The position numbers and the translations under genes were made by a program. This document shows positions 1 through 15,657 of a DNA stretch of 64,000 nucleotides, in pieces. The stretch is from contig OZ024744.1 in NCBI GenBank assembly GCA_964016885.1, positions 85,808,001 to 85,872,000 on the forward strand, written 5' to 3'. Positions within the stretch are counted from its first letter, which is position 1, and each line of letters starts with the position of its first letter. The stretch comes from Eledone cirrhosa (taxonomy: Eukaryota). The notes under the pieces were generated by a model that was not told the DNA's origin, did no database searches, and saw only the letters and a list, made by a program, of their open reading frames with translations.

Positions 1-151
1 CCTTTGAACTCTGTTCCCACACACTTCTCACCCGAGGAAGGGCTTATGCCCGAAACGTCGTTCCCCACCACCACCCCACTCTCCAGAGCGTGAAATTAAT
101 AAACATTCGTTGTACTGCCTCTCTGTTTTGTTCCTGTTCAAATTTTTCCAT

Positions 152-152
<1 letters not shown>
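1..152 (+). mobile_element. Penelope-type pLTR-like fragment with degenerate hammerhead
   Basis: CCGAGGA-A-GGGC TTAT GCCC-GAAACGTCGT at about 32-61. Reverse-complement homologues at 32197-32346 (with CTGAAGA) and about 4400-4480. Ends at a (TA)n tract. Confidence 0.55.
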
Positions 153-184
<32 letters not shown>

Positions 185-243
185 CCTAACTCGCGTGCTT
201 CCACTCCACATTTTATTATTATTATTATTATTATTATTATATT

Positions 244-1652
<1,409 letters not shown>

Positions 1653-1680
1653 CCTCTATTCTCCAGAAAGCCAGACAAGG

Positions 1681-1725
1681 AATATTGAACTAGTTTCGAT
1701 GTTGTTACATCTCATCAGCAATATT
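1681..1725 (-). ncRNA. Type I hammerhead ribozyme (minimal, palindromic stem III)
   Basis: Minus strand AATATTG-CTGATGA-GATGT AACA ACATC-GAAA-CTAG-TT-CAATATT. Stems I and II are perfectly paired; cleavage triplet GUU. Confidence 0.88.
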
Positions 1726-1752
1726 TACCTATATATAACTATATATTTTTAC

Positions 1753-1863
<111 letters not shown>

Positions 1864-2502
1864 GTATATGTATATATGGATAGATAGATAGACAGATACA
1901 TGCATAGAGAAAGAAAGAAAGGGAAGAAAGAGAGAGAGGGAGTGAAAGAAAAGGAAAGAGTGGGAGAGGGAAAGAAAGAGAGAGAGAGAGGGAGTGAAAG
2001 AAAAGGAAAGAGTGGGAGAGGGAAAGAAAGAAAGAGAGAGAGGTGCAGGGAGAGAATGTGTGTGAGAGAAAGAGAAAGAGAGTATATTAGTTGGATATTG
2101 AAAAGTAATGGTGCTATCATTTTCTCAGACAATAAGCTAAAGTAAAATTAACATAATCAGCAAACAACAACAACGACAACAAGAACATCAATAATAAAAT
2201 TAATAATAATGATCATAATAAGGATGATCAATGAGGCATGATGACGACAACAACGTTAAGGAATTTAATGAGAGTGATAATGACCGATAATAATGATGAA
2301 ATATTAAATTGGGTAAACAGAGATGATTAAAAAAAATAAGTTGTAATAAAAAAAAAATCTTTGAAAAAAAAATAGACAAAACTAATCGAAAAAAAGTTTG
2401 AGTTTCAGAAAAATATGCATACAAACACAAACATAAACACACACACACATATATAGGCGCGCACGCACACGCATACACACACACTTACATTGCACATACA
2501 CT

Positions 2503-2538
<36 letters not shown>

Positions 2539-2650
2539 CACATTATACATATACACACACATATACACACTCGTATATATATATATATACTCCTTTACTC
2601 TTTTACCTGTTCCAGTCAGCCGACTGAGGCCATGCTGGGGCACACAAACA

Positions 2651-2704
<54 letters not shown>

Positions 2705-2711
2705 TCCCCCC

Positions 2712-2776
<65 letters not shown>

Positions 2777-3259
2777 ATTGTAAGGAATCAAATCATCAAA
2801 TATGAATATTCTTTACCTCTTGCAGTTTAATTATAATCGATAGTTTGGGATCAGTAACCGATTACATAGATTGATTTTAAATTGCAGCCTTCTGAAAACG
2901 AAATAGCACTATAAGATCTGTACTGATTCCAACTTGGGTATATATTCCTCCGTGAAATATGTATTCAGTATATATACAATATATTGTATATTCTCTATAG
3001 TATATGGTTCTTTTTCTATTAATATATACATATATCTTTCACATTTGATATGTATAATTCGCCACCAATGAATGCGAGAATGTTCTTCAGGAAAATTAAC
3101 CAGGAATTAAAAAAAGATCTCTTCACCAAAGTTAACAAAGAACTTACTAGATCTACAAAACGAAATTGTAAAATTATAATATTATAAAATAAAATTGAAT
3201 TGTTTAGAACTGCAAGTGAAGTCATTCTTTTCCTTTTTTAAAATATATATAGATATATA

Positions 3260-3470
3260 AAGGTAAAAAGAGCATTAACACAGGTAAGCGATATAGTAGG
3301 GTTTCATCAGTATCGTTGTATTAATCTTCTGTATTAGACCTCCAGTTTTCACAACTGATTATTGAGAATAGCGATTTAAAGACAACAACACATGGTGATG
3401 AAACATATGTAAATGCTAGAAATAAACCCTATTGTATCGCTTATCTGGGTTAATACTCTTTTTACCTTTT
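3260..3470. repeat. Imperfect inverted repeat (about 45-bp arms)
   Basis: AAGGTAAAAAGAGCATTAACACAGGTAAGCGATATAGTAGGGTTT versus AAACCCTATTGTATCGCTTATCTGGGTTAATACTCTTTTTACCTT. Confidence 0.75.
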
Positions 3471-3839
3471 GTAAATGCTTCAAGGATTACTGATCAGGGA
3501 ACTGTCAAAGGACAACCCTACGATCAACCTACCGAAGTAAACATCTTATTGAGTCAGCCACCAATGGACGCTAAAACACACTCCTCGATGGAGGCTACTC
3601 TAACCCTGAACTAGGGAAACCCGAAACGATATTACGTATATCTTTATATATATACATACATATATAGTATCTACCTGTTTTGTTATATCACAATGTGCAC
3701 TGGAATGAATGACTTTAATGCACCAAAACTGTAGGGGTTCCCAGAGTCATTTCCATAGGTTGACTGAGGAGATGGGACTGCCCGTTTTCCCGTTCTTTTT
3801 TCCATTGTCTTCCTCTTGTCCGCACCCTATTTTGAATGC

Positions 3840-4001
<162 letters not shown>

Positions 4002-4042
4002 TTTTTTCATTTGTCTTTCTCCTGTCCGCTCCCTATTTTGAA

Positions 4043-4128
<86 letters not shown>

Positions 4129-4282
4129 TTTCAATTTGTCATGCTATCTAACGTATATTACTTACTCTAAGGTGTAACCAATCGATTTATCGATACAATC
4201 TTATTGAGTGTTTCTTGCAAACCTAATTGTTACTTCGTGGGTTTGGCCACCGACATAACTTCGATTTTACTAACCTTCCACT

Positions 4283-4391
<109 letters not shown>

Positions 4392-4916
4392 AGTTGAATA
4401 AATGAACAGAGAACAAAAAAACAGAGAGGCAGTACAAATGGTATGGTTTTTTGTTTCATGCTTGAGAGTGGGGGATGGAGGACATATATATATATATATA
4501 TGAGGGAAAAAGATGAAATCGAAAATGCAACTGGAGTCTTTTTAAGAATATTTATTTGCTTCCTTTACCGGTTTCACAGTTCTTATGTTTTTCAAAAGTA
4601 GAATTGAAAGGGAGGGTTTGTGGTTTGTGGTTTTTCTCGCATCTGAGAAAAGAGACCAGTTGCATTTTCGATTCCATCTTTTTTCCTTATACTTTCACTC
4701 GTGTAGGACATCTCGATTTTTTTTCATTTAGAAAAAAACCCTCATTACCTTATATATATATGGCAGTACATTGACCTTTCCATCCCTGCTTTCTATCTTT
4801 ACACACGGTACTAGACAAAATTGTTTCTTCATCATACACTCTCATCCGGGAATAGTTCTGTATGGCGCTAGTTCGTGATTTGAACTCGGGAATTTTATAT
4901 TCTCCGAGTGAGAAGA

Positions 4917-5000
4917 ACCCTCTGACGAAAGTCTTCTTCTCAATGAATTTCCGCATGGATTATCCATTTATTTTGAGACTTGAAACCGCGCGGTGAGGGT
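4917..5000 (+). ncRNA. Type I hammerhead motif with enlarged stem II loop (GUG triplet)
   Basis: ACCCT-CTGACGA-AAGTCT...AGACTT-GAAA-CCGCGCGG-TG-AGGGT. Confidence 0.75.
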
Positions 5001-5067
5001 AATTATAGCAGGTACAGTGAACTTTTTAAAATTTATTTTAAAACTTTTTCTTATTTGCTAAACCTTG

Positions 5068-5114
<47 letters not shown>

Positions 5115-5118
5115 CATT

Positions 5119-5160
5119 CTGATGATTGAAAGCAAAATTTTTTGCTTTTAAGAAACCACT

Positions 5161-5164
<4 letters not shown>
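5119..5164 (+). ncRNA. Hammerhead core truncated by (TA)n
   Basis: CTGATGA-TTGAAAGCAAAA TT TTTTGCTTTTAA-GAAA-CCACTGG-TT, followed directly by (TA)n; no stem I partner. Confidence 0.65.
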
Positions 5165-5219
<55 letters not shown>

Positions 5220-5221
<2 letters not shown>

Positions 5222-5455
5222 ATAGTTGGGGAGGGTCATATTTGTGTAATAATATTGCCAGAATTAATAACAGAACACACTCACTGTTTGGTTGGTTTTC
5301 GCTTTTGTGATTTTATATCGGTTAATTTAATTTATTCGGTCCTCAATGTTGCCATTGACTGACCAACGGTCAAAAATACAGATACAATATAGACACAACA
5401 CACATATATATAGTCTATCAAAGTTCTTTCGTTGCACATCTGCAAAATCGACACA
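5220..5455 (-). mobile_element. Penelope pLTR fragment (same family as 7505-7750 and 38135-38345)
   Basis: Shared TTGGGAGGGTCAT..TTGCCA..GAA and TCAAAGTTCTTTCGT motifs. Confidence 0.6.
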
Positions 5456-6265
5456 CGATTTCATATCTAAAACCACGCAAAACTAATTCATCCCCGTTAT
5501 ATATATATACATACGCAACCACACATACACTAATATATATATATGACAGTTGAAAATTACAAACTTGACTGTCACCACAGAAAATGAACCTGAAGATTGC
5601 GAAAGCATGAAGGTACTTGTTCAATTAACACTTAACATTTAATATTCTACCATACTATTTCATTCTAATACCACTATAAATTTTAAAGGATGGTAAATAA
5701 AACGAGTAAATCAGACAAAGTTGGAATTCCGTTAATTAATACAATCATACACACCCATGTATATTTATCTCTATATATCTATATCTATATATAAATATGT
5801 ATATATATGTATACTTATACATGGAATGGAGCTTCATGATTTTGGGCGATGAGTGTTCAGGTAGTTCGATAAAGGAATATCCTACCCATAAAATTAACAT
5901 ATAAGCTGTGAGCATTCCACAGACACATGTAATCGTAACGTAAATCTCAGACAGATTCAGTGTGTACATCCAATCCGATGGGATTCCAAGCAGTTTCCTT
6001 CGACACAGCTTCCCTCACAAATAATCGTTCGACTCAACTTTATTGTAAATGGCATTTTCCCAAGGTGCTTCGCAGTGCGGTCGAACACACGCAAGCACAC
6101 ACACACACACACGGACGCATACATACATAAATACATACGTACATACATTCAAACAAACATACATACATCTATAAGCATACACACATATATACATTTATAC
6201 ATAGAAATATACATGCACCCATACACACATGCACACACTCACATATATATATATATACATATACT

Positions 6266-6298
<33 letters not shown>

Positions 6299-6892
6299 TT
6301 GTGTGTGTGTATGTGTGTATGTGTGTATGAATATTTCTATGTATAAATTTATGCATGTATGCGTATATTTTCGTTCTTTGATTCATCACGATAGATGTAT
6401 AACTGAATGTGTGTATCTGTGTGTGTTATATATACGTACAGATATGTAGATAAGTGAATATACTAGTTATATATACATTTATGTTTCTACGCATGTTGTG
6501 TAACTACCAGAAACTTTCCTGGAAAATGTCACGTGTCAGATTTGATTTATTAACAATGTGAAAGTTATGTAAACCCAAAACAAAACATGCCCATGTAAAT
6601 ATATATATATATATAATGCACACACATACACTACACACACACACACACACAGACACACACACACACTCACACACATATATATATATATATATATAAATGT
6701 ACATATATATATATATATAAATGTACATATATATATATAAATGTACATATGTTTACACACTCAGAGACGCACACATATGTATGAATGTATGTATGTATGT
6801 ATGTATGTATGTATGTATGTATATATGTATGAATGTATGTATGTATGTATGTATATATATGCATACATACATACACAAATATATATATTAAT

Positions 6893-7075
6893 AATTGTTT
6901 CTACTTTAGGCACAAGACCAGCAATTACCCAGAGTGCATTACTGGTACTTTATTTTATCGACCCCGTAGGGATGAAAGGCAAAGTCAACCTCGGCGGGAT
7001 TTGAACTCAGATCGTAAAGGGACGTAACTATGCTGGAAAGCATGGCGTCCGACCCTCTACCGATACTGCCAATCC
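6893..7075 (-). mobile_element. tRNA-derived SINE
   Basis: Minus strand has A-box-like TGGCAGTATCGG, B-box GAGTTCAAATCC and the body GCCTTTCATCC..GGGGTCGATAAAATAAAGTACCAG, which recurs throughout the window. Confidence 0.85.
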
Positions 7076-7459
7076 AACATAGCAACATATAAGTGAACAA
7101 AGAATCAGTGTTGCATCATATACATATTTAATTAAATATTACATGTTACAATATATGTTTCACTGTCGATCAGCTCGAGGAACGATTGATTAATGATCGA
7201 TCCTGACTCTCGAATCGGAAGCTCCTCAAATATGCGTTAACATATATATATATATACATATTAAACCGTTTCGACGGCTATTATTAATATATATACATGT
7301 ATTTAGGATACTATTTATGGTTATGTATATAAAGAATCCAAACCTCGGTTTGGAGGAAACAATTGTAAGCAAATAAATGATTTAAACTGATCTTTGATTA
7401 TTGTAATCTCTATATACATGTATATATCTACATACATAAATATATATGTATGTGTATAA

Positions 7460-7491
<32 letters not shown>

Positions 7492-7504
7492 GTTGTTATA
7501 TATA

Positions 7505-7750
7505 TATGTTGTTATACTTGGAGAGGGTCATATTGTTATAATATTGCCAGAAATTATAACAGAACTCACTCACTGTTTAGTTTGGTTTAGTTTTCGCTTC
7601 TGTATCTTTTATATCTCCATAGTTAATTTATCTAGCAATCAATGTTTATCATTGATTGACCAACGGTTAAAAATACAGATATAAATATATATATATAGTC
7701 TATCAAAGTTCTTTCGTCACACATCTGCGACATCATCACTGGTACTGTTA
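7505..7750 (-). mobile_element. Penelope pLTR fragment with degenerate hammerhead
   Basis: Minus GTGATGA-T-GTCGCA GATG TGTGAC-GAAA-GAACTT; homologous to the intact motif at 38296-38338. Confidence 0.6.
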
Positions 7751-8128
7751 AGTTTCCACCCGTTGTATTGTTATGCCTATGCCATTTTTATTTAATTAAT
7801 TTATTTACTTATTGTTGCGTATGTGTTTGCGTGTGTGTATAATGTTTGGTGTGTGTGCTCGTGTTTTAGTGTATGTGTTTTTTGTATTTTATCTTTGTTC
7901 TGTAGTGTGTGTTTATATGTGTTTGTTTTTATTGTACTTGTATATATATATATATATATATAATATATAAGAACAAAAGATGGTTAAAAGAGTTCCATGT
8001 ATTTTATTATGCGCATTTCAAAAACAAATATCATCATGCAATAATATTTGTGTTTTCATCAGATAAAACCGGAAGAAGGTTAAAAAAGACTTGTGGATAG
8101 TGCAGTTTTAAATCAACATATCAATTTT

Positions 8129-8160
<32 letters not shown>

Positions 8161-8164
<4 letters not shown>

Positions 8165-8271
8165 CGGAAAAAATGAAACGAAATTTCATTTCCCACTCTT
8201 AGTACGGCTGTTACTTAAATATAAGTATGTACACGTACATACATATATGTATACAGACGTACAGTAGTATG

Positions 8272-8303
<32 letters not shown>

Positions 8304-9375
8304 CATGCACACATATATATATATGTACGTATGGATTCACCGAACATTTATTATAATGCTCGGTGTGTTTGTAAACAAACATTCCGTATTAAGTCGTAGT
8401 GTCTAGCAACCATCGTTGCTCGTTTGTTCAACACTGATAAAGGAACGCTGTACTAGTTTCAAGCTTATTAGCTATCGTCAGCAACGTATACCTTCCTGCC
8501 AGATGATTGAACGTGTTAAAGTATATACTTTCCTTATGTATATTAACGGCTGAGCAGCCTAATTTGCATATCGAGTGGGTTAATCGGCCGGGGTACCGAA
8601 AACGATAAACGGGAAAAATGAAACGAAATTTCATTTCCCACTCGATTAATTCACTCGATATGCAAATTAGGCTGCTCAGCCGTTAATATGCATCAGGAAA
8701 GTACATACTTTCACACGTCCAATCATCTGGCAGGAAGGTATACGTTGCTGACGATAGCTAATAAGCTTGAAACTAGTACAGTGTTCCTTTGTCTGTGTTG
8801 AACAAACGAGCAACGATGGTTGCTAGACACTACGGCTTAATACGGGATGTTTGTTTACAAACACACCGAGCATTATAATAAATGTTCGGTGAATCCATAC
8901 GTACATATATATGTATGTGCATGTATGTATATATATATATATATACATACTACTGTACGTCTGTATACATATATGTATGTACGTATACATACTTATATTT
9001 AAGTAACAGCAGTACTAAGAGTGAGAAATGAAATTTCGTTTCATTTTTTCCGTTTATATATTTATTATTATATATCCCGCCGAGGTTGACTTTGCCTTTC
9101 ATCCTTACGGGGTCGATAAAATAAAGTACCAGACGTACAGTAGTATGTATATATATATACATACATGCACACATATATATATGCACGTATGGATTCACCG
9201 ACCATTTATTATAATGCACGGGGTGTTTGTAAAAAAACAAACAACCCGTATTAAGCCGTAGTGTCCAGCAACCATCGTTGCTCGTTTGTTCAACACTGAC
9301 AAAGGAACGCTGTACTAGTTTCAAGCTTATTAGTTATCGTCAGCAACGTATACCTTCCTGCCAGATTGTTGAACT
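8161..9375. mobile_element. Older subfamily (about 445-bp unit) of the hammerhead repeat: about 1.1 units, an inverted near-unit and a further partial copy
   Basis: 8161-8643 is colinear with the array unit, 8643-9056 is inverted, and 9130-9375 follows a SINE piece. Hammerheads with CTGACGA at about 8444-8487 (-), 8742-8785 (+) and 9307-9349 (-). Confidence 0.9.
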
Positions 9376-10529
9376 GCATCTGTATATATATATATGTATG
9401 TACGTGTACATACTTATATATATATATTTATTTATTTATATTTCTCTTAGATCAATATTGATGTCCTAACAATCAAAATGAAAATCCAACTGTAGCTATA
9501 TGTGTGGTATTTTTTTGCGTATGGAACTTTATGTCAATCAGGCTGAAATAAATACCCCCCCCCCCCCCCCCCCAATAAATACACACACACACATGCCCCC
9601 CTCCCACACACCCACACACACACACACACACAAACTGGCATGTTGATATAGATATCATGGTATGTGTAAATCTCTCAAATATACATCTTGTGCATGTGTG
9701 ACGATGGTATAAACTTTGATAACTTTGATAGGTTTTGGCCAGTATTGTCCCAGACCATGTCTAGCTTAATAGCACCACCTGGAAAAATACATATATTTTT
9801 TGCTTGCTAGATTCTTGAAGGTAATATACTTTAATATTGTACCTAAATAAAATTTTCAATATATAATGCTCTGCAAAATACAGATTTCAGCTTGTATAAA
9901 GCATATTAGAAATGATTTATTATAATATGATTGAAATGAATTGTTATCTTAATCCACTTTATTAATGTTGTTACTCCTTTTTAATTAATTAAATTAATTA
10001 GAGATGAATTTTTTTGAAGATATTTTTTAGCTCTTTCTAGTCTTCATATGTCTTCTTTTAGATATCTATTTAACATTATACTCAATAACTATAGCTAAAC
10101 GACATGGTGTTAATAACCGTACGTTTATCTTTTAGATGTAATTGCTGTCCAGTCTAGACGTTATTTACAAAACAAGAAAATCCATTTGAATTTTCTTGAA
10201 ATAGCTATTAATTATGACTAAACCCTGAAGAGCCATGTAAGTCTTGGTTGACTAATAAATTATGTTAAATACCTAATATTCCTAATGATAGAGTAACCAC
10301 GGTTTGGATAATTATGCTGGTAAAATTACATTTATTTCCTTAAATATATTTTTTGCTGGCTACGTTCATAATAGCAATATACTTTAGAATTGTACCTAAA
10401 TGTTATTTTGAATATATAATGCTCTGCAAAAAAAATAGACATTTTAGCTTGTAGAAAGCATATTTTAACTGATTTATGATATAATATTTTTGAAATAATT
10501 TATTAATATATATTATATATATATATATG

Positions 10530-11007
<478 letters not shown>

Positions 11008-11553
11008 ATATATATATATATATATATATCGTTATGTGTGTCTTAAACTTTGAACATTTCACATGAATCTCAGATTAAAAACAAAACAAAACAAGGTCAC
11101 CGAATATTGAAGAGCCATGAATAGTGGCGGAACTTTGTCATTGTTAGCAGGTGAATGAATATGAATTGAAACGTATTTTGTCTCATTAGATCTCAACAGC
11201 GAAGGATTGACATCACAACCGGTCAGATTTGTTTTTCATGCGGTGAAGAGTTGCAAAACAAAAGACGTACAATTTGCGTAATACCGAAAATTGATTATAT
11301 GGGAAAATAACTAATATGAGCAAATTGTATGATATATATATATAATTATATGTCTGTGTGAGTGTATATAATATATATATATATATATATATATGCATTT
11401 ATATCCATCTATCTCTCTCATTCTCTCTCTTTCTATCTTTATTTCTCTCTCACTCTTTCTATCATGCACTCTCTCTTCCTCTCCCTTTCTCTCTCTTTCT
11501 TTTTTTTCTTTCTCTCTCTTTCTTTTTTTCTCTCTCTCTCTCTCTTTCTTTCT

Positions 11554-11593
<40 letters not shown>

Positions 11594-11851
11594 TTGTGTA
11601 TCCGTATGTTTATATGGTTATCTACTTCATACTTATGTACATATATACTTATATACTTATATACTTATGTGTTCCATTATTGGTTTCCAATTAACAGTTG
11701 ATGCCGTTTTTTACTGTAATAACTTAGATGAGATTATTTTCATATTGGCATATATCCAGTTGTGTAATTAGATTCTTTCCCATTTTCATTTCTTTTTTTC
11801 ATTTTGGATTTTGTAATTTCGTGTCTGTCTGATTCCCTACGTAAATCATAC

Positions 11852-11886
<35 letters not shown>

Positions 11887-12057
11887 TACACAGACATGAC
11901 CCCACCACATATATATATGTGCGCGTGTGCCTGTGTGTGTTTGCGTGTGTTGGTTTATCCATACATATATATATATACATGTATATATACATAAATGTAT
12001 ATATATATAATCTATATATCTATTTATCTATCTATCTATGTATCTCTCTCTCTCTCA

Positions 12058-12172
<115 letters not shown>

Positions 12173-12542
12173 TATATACATATAAATCCATATATACATA
12201 TGATTGTGTGTGTATATTTATATGTGTGTGTGTCTACGTGTGTGTGAAGAAGATACATTTGTTCTCTGCTTTAAAAGAACGAAATTCAAGAATAAGAAAT
12301 TACGAAAGAACTACGTACAAAAAATAACGATACATGAAAGACTAATATTATTAAAGAAAGAAAAATATTAAAGAAAGAAATATATTATTAAAAGATAAGG
12401 AAATAGTTTAACTACGATAAAAAAATTACATAGCTAGAATCGTTTAATGATCATTAACAATATATAATGATAATTTATTAATGAAGGACATTAAAAATAT
12501 GAAACTATACATTCACACACAGACTCACATATATGTATATAT

Positions 12543-12600
<58 letters not shown>

Positions 12601-12640
12601 CATGGGAAGAAAGAGGAAAACTGCATGGTTGCACATGGGT

Positions 12641-12696
<56 letters not shown>

Positions 12697-13255
12697 CCTG
12701 TCTATATGTATGTGTGTGTGTGTGTGTGTGTGTGTCTATATGTATGTGATATATATTTATGTATATATATATATATATATATATATAGACATATATATAT
12801 AATGTATATGTATATATGTATGTATGTTTATATATATATATTATATACATATATACACACACGCATATATATATATATAGATAGATATATATGCATACAT
12901 ATTTATAATGTAAAAGAAAGACAAATGGAAATACATACATAAATCTGAAATGTACGTTTCAACTATGTTTTTTACATATTCTTAATATTCGGACATATTG
13001 GTTAAAACGTATAATTTCGGACATTTTCAAAAATCCACACACACACAGGCACATACACACACATACATACACATACATTCACACACACGCGAACCTACAC
13101 ACATACACACACTCACACAAACACACACACACACAAACCTACAAACACACACACATATTCAAACCTACACACACACCACACCCACATACCTACACACACA
13201 TACACACAAATCTACACGCACAAACCAGACACACACATACACACGGATACCTACA

Positions 13256-13289
<34 letters not shown>

Positions 13290-14096
13290 AACCTACACAC
13301 ATACACCAGACACACAAACCTACACACACACACATACACACACACCTACACACGCAGACAGCCCCTACACACAAATCTATCCCCCCCCCCCCCCGCGCAC
13401 ACACACACATAAACATAAATACACAGACAACCACCCCCAAACCTACATCCCGTCACACACAAATCTACAAACACACACATACAGAAATCTACAAACACAC
13501 ACACACACCAACTTACAATTAAACACAGACATGATATATTATTTTCATTCTTTTACCTTTCTTTTTTAGTGTTTTTTCTTCTTTACCATGTCACCAATCA
13601 CACGCCTACACACACACACACACAAACCTACACACACACATAAATACCCCCCCCCCACACACATATATAATATTTATCATTTTTTTTCTGTGTACATCTT
13701 TTTAGCAGGTCACCAATCACACACCTACACAAACCTATACACACACACACACATATACACGTACACACAGACACATAATATTTATCATTTTTTTCCTGTG
13801 CATATACTCTTTAGCAGGTCACCAATATGGTCCTATACACACACACACACACACACATACAACCCCCCCCCCCCCATATATATATATATGATATTTATCA
13901 TTTTTTTCCTCTGTATATCTTCTTTAGCAGGTCACCAATATGGTCCTACAACTTAGACAGACTTAATTTCCGGCAATTTCTTAGTTGATGGCAAACAATT
14001 TGGTATGTAAAAAGGATTAAGTGGCAGAGAGAGTATTTTATTTGAAATAATCTCCTTCTAATTTTTTTTTTTTATAATCATTTTCTCTTCAGTTAT

Positions 14097-14452
14097 TCCG
14101 TTGGCAGTTTCGGTAGAGAGTCGGACGCCATGCTTTGCAGCATAGTTACGTCCCTTCACGTTCTGAGTTCAAATTCCACCGAGGTTAACTTTGTCTTTCC
14201 TCCTTACAGGGTCGATACAATAAAGTACCAGTAATACACTGGACTAATTGCTGGCCTTGTGTAGCCAAAAGTAGAAACAATTAACGGTAGAGTGTCGGAC
14301 ACAATGCTTTCCAGCATAGTTACGTCCCTTTACGTCCTGAGTTCAAATCCCGTCTAGGTTAACTTTGTCTTTCATCCTTACGGAGTCGATGAAATAAAGT
14401 ACCAGTAATGTAATGAGATAATTGCTGGCCTTGTGCCAAAATTAGAAACACT
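14097..14452 (+). mobile_element. Tandem pair of tRNA-derived SINEs
   Basis: Two B-box-like GAGTTCAAAT motifs and two AATAAAGTACCAG bodies. Confidence 0.85.
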
Positions 14453-14644
14453 TATTATTATTTTCTTCCTTCCCTCATTTTTTCCTTCTCTATTCCTTTC
14501 TCACTTTTCTTCTGTCTCACTTTCTTTCTTTTTTATTTTCTTTCTAATTCTTTATTTCTTTATTTAAATCGTTCTGCCTCTCTTTCAATATTCCTCTCTT
14601 TCTCTGGAACCTTCTTTCTTTCTTTCTCGCTTTCTCTGGGACCT

Positions 14645-14645
<1 letters not shown>

Positions 14646-14692
<47 letters not shown>

Positions 14693-14693
14693 T

Positions 14694-14757
<64 letters not shown>

Positions 14758-14772
14758 TTCTTTCTTTCTTTT

Positions 14773-14803
<31 letters not shown>
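14646..14803. repeat. (TTTC)n microsatellite
   Basis: Direct reading. Confidence 0.95.
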
Positions 14804-14804
<1 letters not shown>

Positions 14805-14972
14805 ACGACCTTTCATTCTTTCGTTCTTTCGTTCTTTCCCATTTTATCACTTTCTTTCTTCCTTTCTTTCTCACTTTCTTTATTTCATTTTTTCTCTTTC
14901 ACTTTCTTTCAATATTGTTTTTCTTACCTTACTTCTTTCCTTATACATTTCTATTATTACTAATTATTCAAG

Positions 14973-15326
14973 TGCGGTGGATTGGCAGTATCGGTAGAAG
15001 GTCGGACGTCATGCTTTTCAGTATAGAGTCACGGCCCTTTATGATCTGAGTTCAAATCCCGCGGAGGTTAAATTTGCCTTTCATCCTTACGGGGGTCTAT
15101 AAAATAAAGTACCACTAATACACTGGAGTAATTGAGCTAAAAGTAGAAACAATTAACGGTAGAGTGTCGGACACAATGCTTTTCAGCATAGTTACGTCCC
15201 TTTACGTTTTGAGCTCAAATCCCGACGAGGTTAACTTTGCCTTTCATCCTTACGGGGTCGATAAAATAAAGTATCAGTAATGTACTGGGATAATTGCTGG
15301 CCTTGTGCCAAAAGTAGAAACAATTA
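14973..15326 (+). mobile_element. Tandem pair of tRNA-derived SINEs
   Basis: Same organisation and same internal junction as 14097-14452. Confidence 0.85.
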
Positions 15327-15657
15327 TTAATTATTCATTCTTCCTTTTTATGTTTTTATTTATTGCATACTTACATGACTTTTTTTTAAATATCCTTCAT
15401 TTTGTTTTTGTAATTTTAATTATTAATATTTAAAACTTTTTTATATATGTATTGCTTTATTTCTTTCTTTATTAAAATCATTCGTTAATTTTAAGAAAAT
15501 CCTTCGTTTAATTATTCATTCATTCGAACTATTACGATATTTTCATTTACTCTTTCTACTCTTTCTACTCTTTCTCGTTTTTCTTCGCCTTTTTCTTGTT
15601 TGTTTTTCTGTTATATAACACATTTGTGTGGTGTTACAATTAATTTTCACATCTTAC

